Source of the DNA: a virus
Taxonomy: Duplodnaviria; Caudoviricetes
IMG/VR virus record: IMGVR_UViG_3300046009_004019
Span: 1-46,731 of that record
Direction: 5' to 3' (one strand)
Length of the DNA stretch: 46,731 bases
In this document: one piece after another, positions 27,102 through 35,511 of the stretch
How positions within the stretch are numbered: the stretch's first letter is position 1
Layout of the letters: each line of letters begins with the position of its first letter
The notes under the pieces: model-generated
Seen by the model: only the letters and a program-made list of their open reading frames with translations
What the model was told of the DNA's origin: nothing
The model's database searches: none
Translations under genes and position numbers: made by a program

Positions 27102-27381
27102 TTACATGGGGCGGGTCAAAGAACTGGACTGCGCTCTCTGTACGATCTTGGGCCAGCCTCAAACTTCCGTAACCGAAGCGCATCACATCCGCACTGGGCA
27201 TGGGCTGGGCGACAGGGCCAGTGATTTCCTGACAGTCGCGCTATGCGTTGAGTGCCATCGCGGAACGCATGGGTTCCACGGAACCAAGGCTCTGATGAAG
27301 ATCGCCAAACTCAGTGAGATGGACTTGTTGGCCGAAACAATTAGAATGCTGGATCTCAAAAGTTTAAACTTAGAGAAATAA
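27076..27381 (+). CDS. Ref-like / DUF968-like HNH zinc nuclease
   Basis: CALC...EAHHIRTGHGLG.RASDF.TV.LC.ECHRG..GFHG. GTG start overlaps the previous gene; the true start could be ATG 27106. Confidence 0.75.
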   Translation: MKKDKHSSSYMGRVKELDCALCTILGQPQTSVTEAHHIRTGHGLGDRASDFLTVALCVECHRGTHGFHGTKALMKIAKLSEMDLLAETIRMLDLKSLNLEK

Positions 27382-27405
27382 ATCTGGTTTATATTTGGCC
27401 AAACG

Positions 27406-27651
27406 ATGAGGGCTTACATCGTGGCAAAGCGCAAAGACAAGTACATCCCTATTCAGATTGAAGAAGGGAAATGGTACAGAGTTAAGGGTTATACCCATTC
27501 CGAGTGTTGTGATTGCGCGTTAGTCCACCTTGAAGAATATCGTTTGGTTGATGGACATCTGGAATGGAGGGCTGTCAGGGATGACAAGACCACCAACGCC
27601 AGACGTAAACAACTAGGCATAAAGGTGGATCGTGCCAAGAAAGATCAGTGA
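27406..27651 (+). CDS. Hypothetical zinc-binding protein
   Basis: ECCDCALVH motif, 81 aa. Start may be GTG 27421 (GAGG RBS). Confidence 0.6.
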   Translation: MRAYIVAKRKDKYIPIQIEEGKWYRVKGYTHSECCDCALVHLEEYRLVDGHLEWRAVRDDKTTNARRKQLGIKVDRAKKDQ

Positions 27652-28630
27652 CGAAGATTTCATTGCATGCTGGCAGCGGTGTAACAACGCCAAGGAAGTC
27701 TCAAAAATTCTAGGGGTAAGTCAGCGTCAGGCTTTGTTGCGAAGACGAAGCATGGAGTCCCGATATGGGATTCAACTAAAGTCAAATACAGCCGTAGTTA
27801 ATTCGGCCAATAAAACTTTATCTTCCGCATTCAGGGCGGATGAACTAGCCCGTGAGCGCGTTACCCGATACGAAGATGAGATGCATGAAACCCTGATCGA
27901 CGGGGTTCTGATGGTGGGTTCCGATGCCCATTACTGGCCGGGTATCGTTAGCCCTGCACATGAGGCGTTCTGTCGGTTAGCCAAGGTACTTAATCCAAAG
28001 ATGGTTGTCCTCAACGGGGACATCATGGACGGTGCCCGGATCAGCCGCCATCCCAGAGCCTTGTGGCAGCAACTGCCGACCGTCAAGGATGAAGTCCATG
28101 CCATGCAGGATCGGTGCGCTGAGATCGAACGAGCAGCGCCCAGATCCACGCTGGTTCGGACTATCGGGAACCATGATGCAAGGTTTGAAAATTACCTTTG
28201 CTCTAACGCGCCTGAGTTTGAAGAGATGACAGGCACATCTCTGATCCATTACCTGCCAAGATGGAGAGCGGGATGGGCATTGCATTTAAACGCTAGCACA
28301 CATGGCTGGACGGTCATCAGGCATCGCCATGTCAGCGGCGGTATCCATTCAGCCTATGCGTCCACTGTCAGGGCCGGTGTTCATTACGTTCATGGTCATC
28401 TCCACAAACTGCAATGCGTCTCGTTTGGAGATTACCGAGGTCGCCGCTATGGGATAGACTGTGGAACTCTCGCTGATCCCAAGGGACCACAGTTCGCTTA
28501 TACCGAAGGTGGCCCACTCAACTGGTCTAGCGGGTTCTATGTTCTGACATTCAAAGGCGGCGTGTTGTTGCCGCCTGAACCCTGTTTGATTGATAGAGGT
28601 AAGGCATGGTTTCGCGGAGAGGAGATCTAA
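27632..28630 (+). CDS. Calcineurin-like metallophosphoesterase with N-terminal HTH-like region
   Basis: SDAH, NGDIMD, GNHD, H and GHLH motifs in canonical order. Confidence 0.9.
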   Translation: MPRKISDEDFIACWQRCNNAKEVSKILGVSQRQALLRRRSMESRYGIQLKSNTAVVNSANKTLSSAFRADELARERVTRYEDEMHETLIDGVLMVGSDAHYWPGIVSPAHEAFCRLAKVLNPKMVVLNGDIMDGARISRHPRALWQQLPTVKDEVHAMQDRCAEIERAAPRSTLVRTIGNHDARFENYLCSNAPEFEEMTGTSLIHYLPRWRAGWALHLNASTHGWTVIRHRHVSGGIHSAYASTVRAGVHYVHGHLHKLQCVSFGDYRGRRYGIDCGTLADPKGPQFAYTEGGPLNWSSGFYVLTFKGGVLLPPEPCLIDRGKAWFRGEEI

Positions 28631-28815
28631 ATAACCTACGCCCAGAGCCTTGCGTGTCTTGCGTTTGGTGTTGCCCTTGGAATGGAAAGGGCTGGGGCTG
28701 TGCCCACAAATCAGTTAAGGGATTGCTTCGCGGAACGGTTCCGTGTGGAGGCCAGCACTACAAAAAAGCGGGGGCCTTTTCGTGGCCCCCGAAGGATGGT
28801 CTTGCAGAAGCATAA
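28606..28815 (+). CDS. Small Cys-rich hypothetical protein
   Basis: CVSCVWCC...GCAH...PCGG, with GAGGT RBS upstream of the ATG. Its 3' part overlaps the minus-strand terminator. Confidence 0.4.
   Translation: MVSRRGDLNNLRPEPCVSCVWCCPWNGKGWGCAHKSVKGLLRGTVPCGGQHYKKAGAFSWPPKDGLAEA
28762..28791 (-). terminator. Rho-independent terminator of the minus-strand middle operon
   Basis: Minus strand CGGGGGCC-ACGAAAA-GGCCCCCG-C-TTTTTT. Confidence 0.85.
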
Positions 28816-28859
28816 CCCGACTGCGCCGCGAGAACAGGAGCGGCACCGACCCGTGCATA

Positions 28860-29186
28860 CTACTCAGGTTGATCTGACCACACAACATCGTGGTCGCTAC
28901 CGAATGACATGATCAGATCTAGCATGTCTGCCATCTCCTGCTTGGACATGCCAGAGGTAGGCTCACCGAGGTAGACCATCCCGCCTTCGATACCGGGAAC
29001 CATGCGCTGCTTACGGATAGCGGCAGTAAAGATCCACTTCCAATCCTTCTTCGACAATCTCTGCCCATGCCATTCAACCTGATCAGAGATGTCACCGAGC
29101 AGCGCCCACATCATGGAGTTCTGACTGACACTGCGACGGTTCTTTTTGATGACCTGTCCCAGCAATCTCTCTATGTTCTCTTCCAT
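28860..29186 (-). CDS. ninB: NinB/Orf-family recombination protein
   Basis: RS.SQN.MMWALL.DIS.QVEWHG.RL...DWK.IF.A...VPG..GG.V.LG..TS.MSK.EM. Start set at ATG 29186 after GAGG. Confidence 0.85.
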   Translation of the reverse strand: MEENIERLLGQVIKKNRRSVSQNSMMWALLGDISDQVEWHGQRLSKKDWKWIFTAAIRKQRMVPGIEGGMVYLGEPTSGMSKQEMADMLDLIMSFGSDHDVVWSDQPE

Positions 29187-29188
29187 GT

Positions 29189-29740
29189 TTAAACTTCCTC
29201 TGAACTGAAGTAGCCGGACTGTCTCTTCAGGAACTTCGGCCATGCAGGTTCAGCAAAAGACTTGTCCTTGATCAGGACATGGTTCGTGGGCTGGGCGGTG
29301 AACCTTCCGATGTCGTGCAAAGCAATGAAGTAGAACTCTTTGGATTGCTCTGGCTCTGCGCTAAACCCATCGCCAATCGGAGCAGCGGTAAATAGATACT
29401 CTCCTTCATGCTCGGACTTATTCTGGAGGCGTACACGGGCCTGCATCCCTGAAAGGAAGGGATACTCCAGTGTCGTGAATTGCCAGCCATAAGCGTCCCA
29501 TGTTGCTGCATCAGAGGGTTCCCAAGGTACGCATTGAGGAGACAATGACAACTGATGCAAGCCAAGGTTCCGATAAACCGCGCCACATTCCAGCATCACA
29601 TGGCATCCCCATGCTCGACCCGGCCATGCGGTTAAACCAAACCAGACACCCCGCATCCAACCATGTTCCCCACAAGCATTGGGTTCCACCCAAACATACT
29701 GGTGTTTAGGTAAAGCACCGGACCCGGTGTAAAGAGTCAT
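29189..29740 (-). CDS. Conserved hypothetical phage protein
   Basis: 183 aa, WFG....PGRA..CHVMLE.GAVYR...HQL...W.AY...GEYLFT...EQ.K...FI.L...G.F.AQP.N; coupled to neighbours. Confidence 0.75.
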   Translation of the reverse strand: MTLYTGSGALPKHQYVWVEPNACGEHGWMRGVWFGLTAWPGRAWGCHVMLECGAVYRNLGLHQLSLSPQCVPWEPSDAATWDAYGWQFTTLEYPFLSGMQARVRLQNKSEHEGEYLFTAAPIGDGFSAEPEQSKEFYFIALHDIGRFTAQPTNHVLIKDKSFAEPAWPKFLKRQSGYFSSEEV

Positions 29741-30177
29741 TCATTCCCCCTCGCACGAATGGCGGCGGCGCATCCCACAAGTGTCGGGATATGCGTCAAT
29801 GTCGTTGAGTCTTTTGGTATCGGACCGTCTTCACACAACTTCGCACACGCCTCCCGCTCATTCGCCACTGCTAGTTCCAGCAAATCGCAGTACTGCGTTG
29901 TTCGCTGGCCTGCAGCACATTGTCTCCAGCCTTCTGACTTCATGCGCTCTGTGATCTGCCATTCCAACTCCTTCAGCAAGTCTTCAATGGTGTCGCCGTG
30001 ACCGGTGGCATAACCTTTCTCAATCATCCATTGGGCTACCTTCTCCCGTTCGGCTTCGACAACAAGATCAGCAAAAACTAACAATCCAGCATCGTCATCT
30101 CCACCATTTAGTATTCCGTTACTATCAACCCAAAAGCCAGCCTCTTGCGCCAGTTGAATAATTTCATCTTTAGTCAT
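29737..30177 (-). CDS. Hypothetical protein (EREACA...AAAIRARG family)
   Basis: MTKDEII.LA.EAG...EREACAKLCE...CAAAIRARG; ATGA overlaps at both ends. Confidence 0.75.
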   Translation of the reverse strand: MTKDEIIQLAQEAGFWVDSNGILNGGDDDAGLLVFADLVVEAEREKVAQWMIEKGYATGHGDTIEDLLKELEWQITERMKSEGWRQCAAGQRTTQYCDLLELAVANEREACAKLCEDGPIPKDSTTLTHIPTLVGCAAAIRARGNE

Positions 30178-30386
30178 ACCTTCACCCCGTAGTATCTGCC
30201 AACCAGTTTAAATGCATCGATGTGCTGCTTTAATTCGGCTAGGTCTTTGTCTTTGTCGAAGTTAAAGATGGCAATATCTTTCCCTGCCTTACGATCCTTG
30301 TGATCTTTCTGAAGCGATTTCAATGTGCGTTGCAATTCTGCTGCTGCAATCTCTTCTAGTAAGTCAGAACTAATTTCAATCTTCAT
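30174..30386 (-). CDS. Hypothetical protein
   Basis: 70 aa, ATGA coupling, GAGG RBS. Confidence 0.7.
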   Translation of the reverse strand: MKIEISSDLLEEIAAAELQRTLKSLQKDHKDRKAGKDIAIFNFDKDKDLAELKQHIDAFKLVGRYYGVKV

Positions 30387-30580
30387 TTTGACTTCCTCTT
30401 GTATTCGCTGTTCTCTACTTTCTTGAGCCAGCCCCTGCCGGTCTCAACAAACCCCGCCATTGCCAGCGCCTCTAATGATCGGCAACCACCAAAGCCGTAG
30501 ATGTGCGCTCTGAAAGATTCGGGTGTTGCAAACTTACGTTTGCAGTCGGTGCATCGTCTTTCCTTTTTTACCACGCTCAC
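30383..30580 (-). CDS. Small zinc-finger protein
   Basis: CTDCKRKF.TPESFRAH......C (CxxC...FxxH...C), GTG start. Confidence 0.6.
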   Translation of the reverse strand: MSVVKKERRCTDCKRKFATPESFRAHIYGFGGCRSLEALAMAGFVETGRGWLKKVENSEYKRKSK

Positions 30581-30743
30581 GTTTCAACCTCGCCACTTCT
30601 TTACGCAGCCAAATGATCTCGTCCCTACATGCCCACAACACGCTGCCCACAGTCAGAAACTTCATCTCTGTTGTGGTAGATGTGTCGTTGATCTCACTTG
30701 GCAATGCCTGAATCAGATCAAGAATGTCATCTTCGATTTCCAC
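30534..30743 (-). CDS. Hypothetical protein
   Basis: DILD...ACRDEIIWLRKEV pattern, GGAG RBS before GTG. Confidence 0.6.
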   Translation of the reverse strand: MEIEDDILDLIQALPSEINDTSTTTEMKFLTVGSVLWACRDEIIWLRKEVARLKRERGKKGKTMHRLQT

Positions 30744-30969
30744 GAAGGCTCTCCAGTTCAGTCCTCAAAGTATTCAACTCTAACAAGAGGACTGTAGCCT
30801 CGTCGAACAGACCCGCCCTCCGAATATTCTGCAAGGATTGCTCGACGCGCTTCTGCTGACTTTGACCATATCCCCAAGGCGCAGCCTTCATCTCTTCTTT
30901 CCACGCGCCGGGTGGGGACAGGTTGTCTATTGTCAATGTTTCGACTTTCGGATTTGATTCGTTTGTCAT
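30727..30969 (-). CDS. Hypothetical protein
   Basis: MTNESNP...SPPGAWKEEM..APWGYGQ; GGGG RBS-like run upstream. Start trimmed relative to the track ORF 30727-31110. Confidence 0.55.
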   Translation of the reverse strand: MTNESNPKVETLTIDNLSPPGAWKEEMKAAPWGYGQSQQKRVEQSLQNIRRAGLFDEATVLLLELNTLRTELESLRGNRR

Positions 30970-31153
30970 ACTGTTTAATCCCCCTATACATGGCGGTTGC
31001 CATGTAGTATTGCGGAACCCCCCATTCCTCAACCAAGTCCTTGTACTTGATGCGCTCGTCCAATTCTCTAGCCTTCTTCTTCCGCTCAAGCAGAATCTTG
31101 TACTGCTCAAACGACAGCGTCAGGTTAAATCTAGTTGGTTTGGTGTACTTCAT
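30758..31153 (-). CDS. Hypothetical, possibly DNA-binding protein
   Basis: ATGA-coupled to the upstream gene. Basic helical N-terminal half (KYKDLVEEWGVPQYYM.TA..RG, HTH-like). The C-terminal half overlaps the next gene. Confidence 0.55.
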   Translation of the reverse strand: MKYTKPTRFNLTLSFEQYKILLERKKKARELDERIKYKDLVEEWGVPQYYMATAMYRGIKQYDKRIKSESRNIDNRQPVPTRRVERRDEGCALGIWSKSAEARRAILAEYSEGGSVRRGYSPLVRVEYFED

Positions 31154-31434
31154 TGACCTTCGTATTGCGCTCTGATCTTAGCCTCGGTCTCCTCCGCAAC
31201 AGCATTGCGAACGAGCGTGATCAACTTGCACATGACATGGCTCTCAGACTTCTCCTGATTCGCCTTGTGCAGTTCATCAAACTGAGCAGCCATACCCGTG
31301 ATCACTTCCCAATCGATGTACTCCAACTGGAGGTTGTCACCGATAGTCGCCCAGACCTTTTCCTGCGGCGGGATAAGAACCATGTCTTCTTTCTTCACGT
31401 CCAGATAGGACACGTCATCATCTAAGTTTTCCAT
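31150..31434 (-). CDS. Hypothetical protein
   Basis: 94 aa, acidic, coupled to neighbours. Confidence 0.65.
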   Translation of the reverse strand: MENLDDDVSYLDVKKEDMVLIPPQEKVWATIGDNLQLEYIDWEVITGMAAQFDELHKANQEKSESHVMCKLITLVRNAVAEETEAKIRAQYEGQ

Positions 31435-32602
31435 TTCTCATTTCCTTTAATGCTTTGGTGATGTCACGAACCTGATCGCCCCAAGGGGCGACCATGTTCT
31501 TGCGGTTAAACATGCGGACGCTGGGATACCACAGCGAACGATCTTCATCTTTGCCGTTCCAGTACCAGAGTTTGTTGGCATCGAACATCAGGACAGGCTT
31601 GCCCATACCGCCAGCGATATGGACGTTGGCATTGCTGCACGACACCACTACATCGCAACACTGCATGGTCGCAGCGATTCCTTCCAGATCGAAGAAGGTA
31701 TTGACGTGGGTTTGATCAACGCGCCTGCCCGTTCCCTTTTCAAACGGTTCGATCTGTTCCTTGTTCTTCCCGTACTGAAGATTCACGAACCGGGTGTTTG
31801 GAATATCGAACAGCGGCTCTAGTTCTTTCAGAGCAATGCTCTTGTGTTCGCCTACGCGAGGGGCTGTGCTAGCCCATGACAGACCGACAACGAACTCATC
31901 GCCACGAATCTTCAGTTGCTTGGAGATCGTCCCTGCATAGTCGTAGTTTGGAACCAAGAAATTGGTAGAACGATGCTTTGGAATATCATCGAAGGACTTG
32001 ATAAAGAACTCGCCGATACTGGCAATTGGAATCTGCGAGTCGTACTCAGAGTTCTTGACTCGTGCGTCATGCCTTAGGAACTGGATGTGTGGCAGACCGC
32101 GTTTAAATAGTTCGACAAGGCGGATGTCTAGCATGACCGTGACCTTATCGACCTGCTTGCTCAGTGCATCTAGCAACGAGCCATACAGAATCTGATCACC
32201 GATACCCTGCTCACACCAGACGAGGACGTTCTGGTATCCCTTGCCGGGTTCCCAACGAGGGAGTTTGGTCTTGAGTTTGGGAGACTTGAATGCATCGCTC
32301 TCCCATCGATGCTCGTAGAACTTCCAACCCGTATCGAATCGACCAAGTTGTAGGTTCATCAGACCCATCGTCCAGATCGCATCTGAACTATTCGGATCTA
32401 GTCGCATCAGCATTTCGAAATCGTGGAGAGCCTTGTCCCAGCGATTCATTTCCCAGTGGACACGGCCACGCAATGAGTAAGCCGATGCGACCAGCGAATG
32501 CAGTTTGATGATGATGTCTAGATTGTGGACGGCCTCATCGAACTTGTCCTTATCGACCAGATGGACTGAATCGTTGAACAAGTCTTGAATGGATTTACTC
32601 AC
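31418..32602 (-). CDS. TPR-repeat protein fused to a GT-B (GT9-like) glycosyltransferase
   Basis: N-terminal TPRs, then GW..YE.RW, VLVWCEQGIGDQI, VGLSW, FVNLQYG, DVVVS.SN..VH.AG..GKP and WYPSVR.F. Confidence 0.85.
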   Translation of the reverse strand: MSKSIQDLFNDSVHLVDKDKFDEAVHNLDIIIKLHSLVASAYSLRGRVHWEMNRWDKALHDFEMLMRLDPNSSDAIWTMGLMNLQLGRFDTGWKFYEHRWESDAFKSPKLKTKLPRWEPGKGYQNVLVWCEQGIGDQILYGSLLDALSKQVDKVTVMLDIRLVELFKRGLPHIQFLRHDARVKNSEYDSQIPIASIGEFFIKSFDDIPKHRSTNFLVPNYDYAGTISKQLKIRGDEFVVGLSWASTAPRVGEHKSIALKELEPLFDIPNTRFVNLQYGKNKEQIEPFEKGTGRRVDQTHVNTFFDLEGIAATMQCCDVVVSCSNANVHIAGGMGKPVLMFDANKLWYWNGKDEDRSLWYPSVRMFNRKNMVAPWGDQVRDITKALKEMRNGKLR

Positions 32603-32712
32603 CAGTAATCTCTCCCGCTGCGCTTGGCTGCCCAGTTGGGCGGTGGAACATGGACTCTTTCGTTTCGGTTATCTCGTAGAACCTTGAAGAACAGATCGAT
32701 GATCCATCTCAT
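32599..32712 (-). CDS. 37-aa hypothetical protein (not in ORF track)
   Basis: MRWIIDLFFKVLRDNRNERVHVPPPNWAAKRSGRDYW*. GGGG upstream; GTGA overlap with the TPR-GT start. Confidence 0.55.
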   Translation of the reverse strand: MRWIIDLFFKVLRDNRNERVHVPPPNWAAKRSGRDYW

Positions 32713-32726
32713 AAAGACCCCGTTTA

Positions 32727-32760
32727 AATCCCGGCGACACCATGTGATGCCGCCGGGTTT
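32727..32760 (-). other. Intergenic hairpin (attenuator or RNA processing site)
   Basis: Minus strand CCCGGCGGCATC-ACAT-GGTGTCGCCGGG, 12 bp with G-U pairs favouring the minus strand, followed by ATTTAAAC. Confidence 0.55.
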
Positions 32761-32763
32761 GGT

Positions 32764-32976
32764 TTACTTGAGAATCTTCTGAACGCTCTTGATGAACTCT
32801 CGTACCAGAGTCTCCAGAGAATCCTTCTTTGTTTTGTTGGTAACCTTTTTGTCACCACGACAAACGATATAAACCAACTGGTAACTGTACTTGGTCTTGG
32901 CCACGATCTCTCGCGGCGACAACCCCTTCGCTACCAGTTCCCGAATGTGTGCAGATTTAGAACGGGGTTTCTTCAT
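32764..32976 (-). CDS. Small HTH DNA-binding protein
   Basis: SKSAHIREL..KGLSPREI..KT..SYQLVY.V HTH pattern; GAGG RBS before ATG 32976. Confidence 0.7.
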   Translation of the reverse strand: MKKPRSKSAHIRELVAKGLSPREIVAKTKYSYQLVYIVCRGDKKVTNKTKKDSLETLVREFIKSVQKILK

Positions 32977-33232
32977 CAGCCTCTTCCTTCTTGTACTCAA
33001 CATACTTCTGTGCGGACAGGGAGATGTACTGGTTCCCGGCCTTGGAGGTGTTGTTCCATGCAGAGATGGACAACTTGATCGGGTTGCCAACCTTCGCCTC
33101 TTCGATCAACTCCTTCAGCAACGCCTTGGTCAGCGTCAGTTCTCCACGCAGGGCAGGGGACTTATCGTTCTTGCGAACCTTTGCTTTGAACAGCGCCCCG
33201 GTGCTGCGATCATCGCGGTTGTAATCAGCCAT
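32957..33232 (-). CDS. Putative single-stranded DNA-binding protein (short OB-fold)
   Basis: GALF...K.DKSP..RG...ISAW......G..YISLS with an acidic ...EETPF tail; follows the annealing protein. Confidence 0.7.
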   Translation of the reverse strand: MADYNRDDRSTGALFKAKVRKNDKSPALRGELTLTKALLKELIEEAKVGNPIKLSISAWNNTSKAGNQYISLSAQKYVEYKKEEADEETPF

Positions 33233-33932
33233 TGGTTGATGCTCCTTCCAGTTTTGTTTTCAACTCAGTAAACCCAGTCTTCAGCACCTCAAACTGCGCC
33301 TTGTAGTGGCTGTCCAAGATGTCGATGACCTGCTTGTTTTCGCCCCAGAACTTCCTGAGCGAATTGGTATCGCTGCAGAACTTGTTCGCGAACTCCAACA
33401 ACTTTTGAACGACCTCGGCTGCACCACCCTCATCAGGGATGTCAGTGAATCCCTGCTTGGCGGGAACAGCCTTCTTCGGTTTCTGTTTAACCGGGGTCTC
33501 ATCGATGAGCGGCGCTTCGGTCTCAGCATCGGGTGCTGTCACCGCAGCCACGTCCTCACCGGCATAGATCGCATGGCCCAAGCCGAACATCGCGAGGCAC
33601 TTGACGAGGCAGCGCATGCGGGTGTCGCTGATCTTTCGCGCATCCGGATTGCGGATGGCGTTGTTCTTGTAGTCCATGACCGGCAGCCACATCACTCGGT
33701 AGCAGCCACCGATAGTGACTTTACAAGTAATCGTGACAGTCCCGTCCTGATAGACCTCGCTGTCAAGGAAATGGTACTGAGCATCTGGGTAGTACTCCAT
33801 GAGTACGCCCCATGCCCATGCCCAACTCAGATAGGACAGGCCATTCTTTTTCTCAACATGCTTGGACACATCCACTTGGACGAGGGTGTTCCAGATTTCT
33901 TCATAACTCGGCGACGATGGTTGCTCTGACAT
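33225..33932 (-). CDS. Sak-type (DUF1071) single-strand annealing protein
   Basis: DVS.HVEKKNGLSYLSWAWAW...MWLPVMDY.N..I.NP.A..I....MRCLVK.LA.FGLG..IYAGED. Start at ATG 33932 after AGGAG. Confidence 0.85.
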   Translation of the reverse strand: MSEQPSSPSYEEIWNTLVQVDVSKHVEKKNGLSYLSWAWAWGVLMEYYPDAQYHFLDSEVYQDGTVTITCKVTIGGCYRVMWLPVMDYKNNAIRNPDARKISDTRMRCLVKCLAMFGLGHAIYAGEDVAAVTAPDAETEAPLIDETPVKQKPKKAVPAKQGFTDIPDEGGAAEVVQKLLEFANKFCSDTNSLRKFWGENKQVIDILDSHYKAQFEVLKTGFTELKTKLEGASTNG

Positions 33933-33956
33933 ACTGTTCTCCTGTTTAGTATTGTC

Positions 33957-33984
33957 ATTGTACATGATTGGTATTGATAAGCAA
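33957..33984 (-). promoter_or_regulatory. Possible sigma70 promoter
   Basis: TTGCTT-N16-TACAAT in the intergenic gap upstream of the Sak gene. Confidence 0.5.
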
Positions 33985-33988
33985 GCAA

Positions 33989-34867
33989 TCAATACCCTGC
34001 TTCGATGGCTTCACGCTCACGCTGGAATTGCGAACACCATGCGCTGACGCGGCACCAGTTGGCATTACAGCGGGTTGCTTCACCCCTCCTGAACTCCAAC
34101 TCCATCCCATCCGCAACGGCTGCACGGGCTTCTGCTTCGTTGTCAAACAACTTGACCGCCCTCTTCTGGCCCTTGCGCTTGAGTGCCCACTTGGATTCCT
34201 TGATCCAACGCTCCTGCTCAGAGCAGTCAGGCAGTTCCGCCCCAGTCAGTCGGTCGAACTCCGCCTTCTGGTGCAGTGCCACTCGCTCGTTTAAATACCC
34301 ATCCGCATCCATCTCACTCCACATGGGGATGTTGACTTCGACGATGGGGGCACGGGGATAGTCGGGTTTCTCCTCGGCATCACGCGCTCTCCAGTCACGC
34401 AGGATGGCAATGACCTTCAGGGCTTTGACCTTGGAACCCTTGGCCCTACGGACGAGTGCGGCATAGCAATTCAACTGCCGCTCCCATTCGATCTTGCCCA
34501 TGATCACTGACCACACAGAGGTCGTCTTGTAGTCCATGATCGTGACACCGTCGTCTTCGATCTTCTGGACATCGATAGCACCACTGACAACCCAGCCTTC
34601 GATCTCAGTGAAGATTCGCTCTTCGCTGATGTGCTTGTCATCGGCAGTCTCTTCGAACATCTTGTGAGCAGCAGTTCCCAACACAGCCCACATCTTTTCC
34701 GAAACATCTTCGGTCAGTTCATCCCAGTGTTCTTGCCGCAGAATGCGGACACGGGGTGAGTCGATGAGTTGTGTGATCGAACGATTGCTCTCGCCCTTGG
34801 TGTACTCACTGCGCGTCAATGCTTTGACGACAGGGTCTGGCAGTCCGAACTTGTTGGTTAGTTTCAT
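33989..34867 (-). CDS. PD-(D/E)XK (Cas4-like) exonuclease
   Basis: GTAAH..FE, E.R, SGAID, IMDYKTT, QLN.YA, and C-terminal C...RC..WC....WCSQ cysteines. Confidence 0.85.
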   Translation of the reverse strand: MKLTNKFGLPDPVVKALTRSEYTKGESNRSITQLIDSPRVRILRQEHWDELTEDVSEKMWAVLGTAAHKMFEETADDKHISEERIFTEIEGWVVSGAIDVQKIEDDGVTIMDYKTTSVWSVIMGKIEWERQLNCYAALVRRAKGSKVKALKVIAILRDWRARDAEEKPDYPRAPIVEVNIPMWSEMDADGYLNERVALHQKAEFDRLTGAELPDCSEQERWIKESKWALKRKGQKRAVKLFDNEAEARAAVADGMELEFRRGEATRCNANWCRVSAWCSQFQREREAIEAGY

Positions 34868-35103
34868 TTGCGCCAGATCCTCACGCCGCCTTTGTCTTTG
34901 CTGCTGCTGAACTTGTAATCCTTGTGCTTCGATGAGAATCTTGACAGTCTGACTCGCACCGAATGCAAGACGCGATCAATCTCCTCGTCACTGCAATCGA
35001 TCAGGATACTGTCACCGGGCCGCAATTCTTTGAGTGGTAGTGGCCCCACCGTAACCCTGTTCGCGATGCGCGAAGGCAGCGGAACATTTTTTTCAATCTT
35101 CAT
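34864..35103 (-). CDS. Small DNA-binding protein (KIEKNVPLP family)
   Basis: MKIEKNVPLP...PL.EL..GDSI...GVRIWR; GAGGAG RBS. Confidence 0.7.
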   Translation of the reverse strand: MKIEKNVPLPSRIANRVTVGPLPLKELRPGDSILIDCSDEEIDRVLHSVRVRLSRFSSKHKDYKFSSSKDKGGVRIWRK

Positions 35104-35134
35104 CAGGGTCTCCTCTTGGAAATCAACGAGTGAC

Positions 35135-35163
35135 AGTTTAGCATTGTGACTATGTCAAGTGAA
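35135..35163 (-). promoter_or_regulatory. Leftward promoter of the middle operon (divergent from rusA)
   Basis: Minus strand TTCACT-N17-TAAACT with extended -10 TG; a TTGACA lies nearby at non-canonical spacing. Confidence 0.45.
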
Positions 35164-35511
35164 GTATCTTTTGTAGTGTTTGGTGAGCCAGCAAGCAAGG
35201 CGAATAGTCGTAAACTTGTGCGTTTAAATGGTCGCCCTGCTTTTATCAAATCCCAGAAGGCTCGTGACTATCTCGCTGCGTTCCAACTGCAATGCAAAAA
35301 GGTTCTCCCGCTGATGACGGGCGATGTCTCCGTTGAGATCACGATCTGGTACGCAAGTCGTAGACCAGACCTTGACGAGAGTGTAATTTTAGATGCCATG
35401 CAGGGATTGATCTACGAGAACGATAGACAGGTGAAAGAAAAGCATGTGTTCCACCGTCTCGACAAAGACAATCCCCGCGCACAGATCACCGTTCGACCCT
35501 TGACCCCATAG
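35152..35511 (+). CDS. rusA: RusA-family Holliday junction resolvase
   Basis: GEPASKANSR...V.I.I.Y.SRRPDLD...LDA.QG..Y.NDRQV...DK.NPR..I.V. Confidence 0.9.
   Translation: MSSEVSFVVFGEPASKANSRKLVRLNGRPAFIKSQKARDYLAAFQLQCKKVLPLMTGDVSVEITIWYASRRPDLDESVILDAMQGLIYENDRQVKEKHVFHRLDKDNPRAQITVRPLTP

Noticed and set aside
33989-34867. Cas4-like gene as evidence of a CRISPR system
   Set aside because: It lies in an exonuclease-Sak-SSB recombination module; no cas1/cas2 or array.
35146-35158. GTGACTATGTCAA resembling matS
   Set aside because: Two mismatches and a single copy; more simply part of the divergent promoter region.
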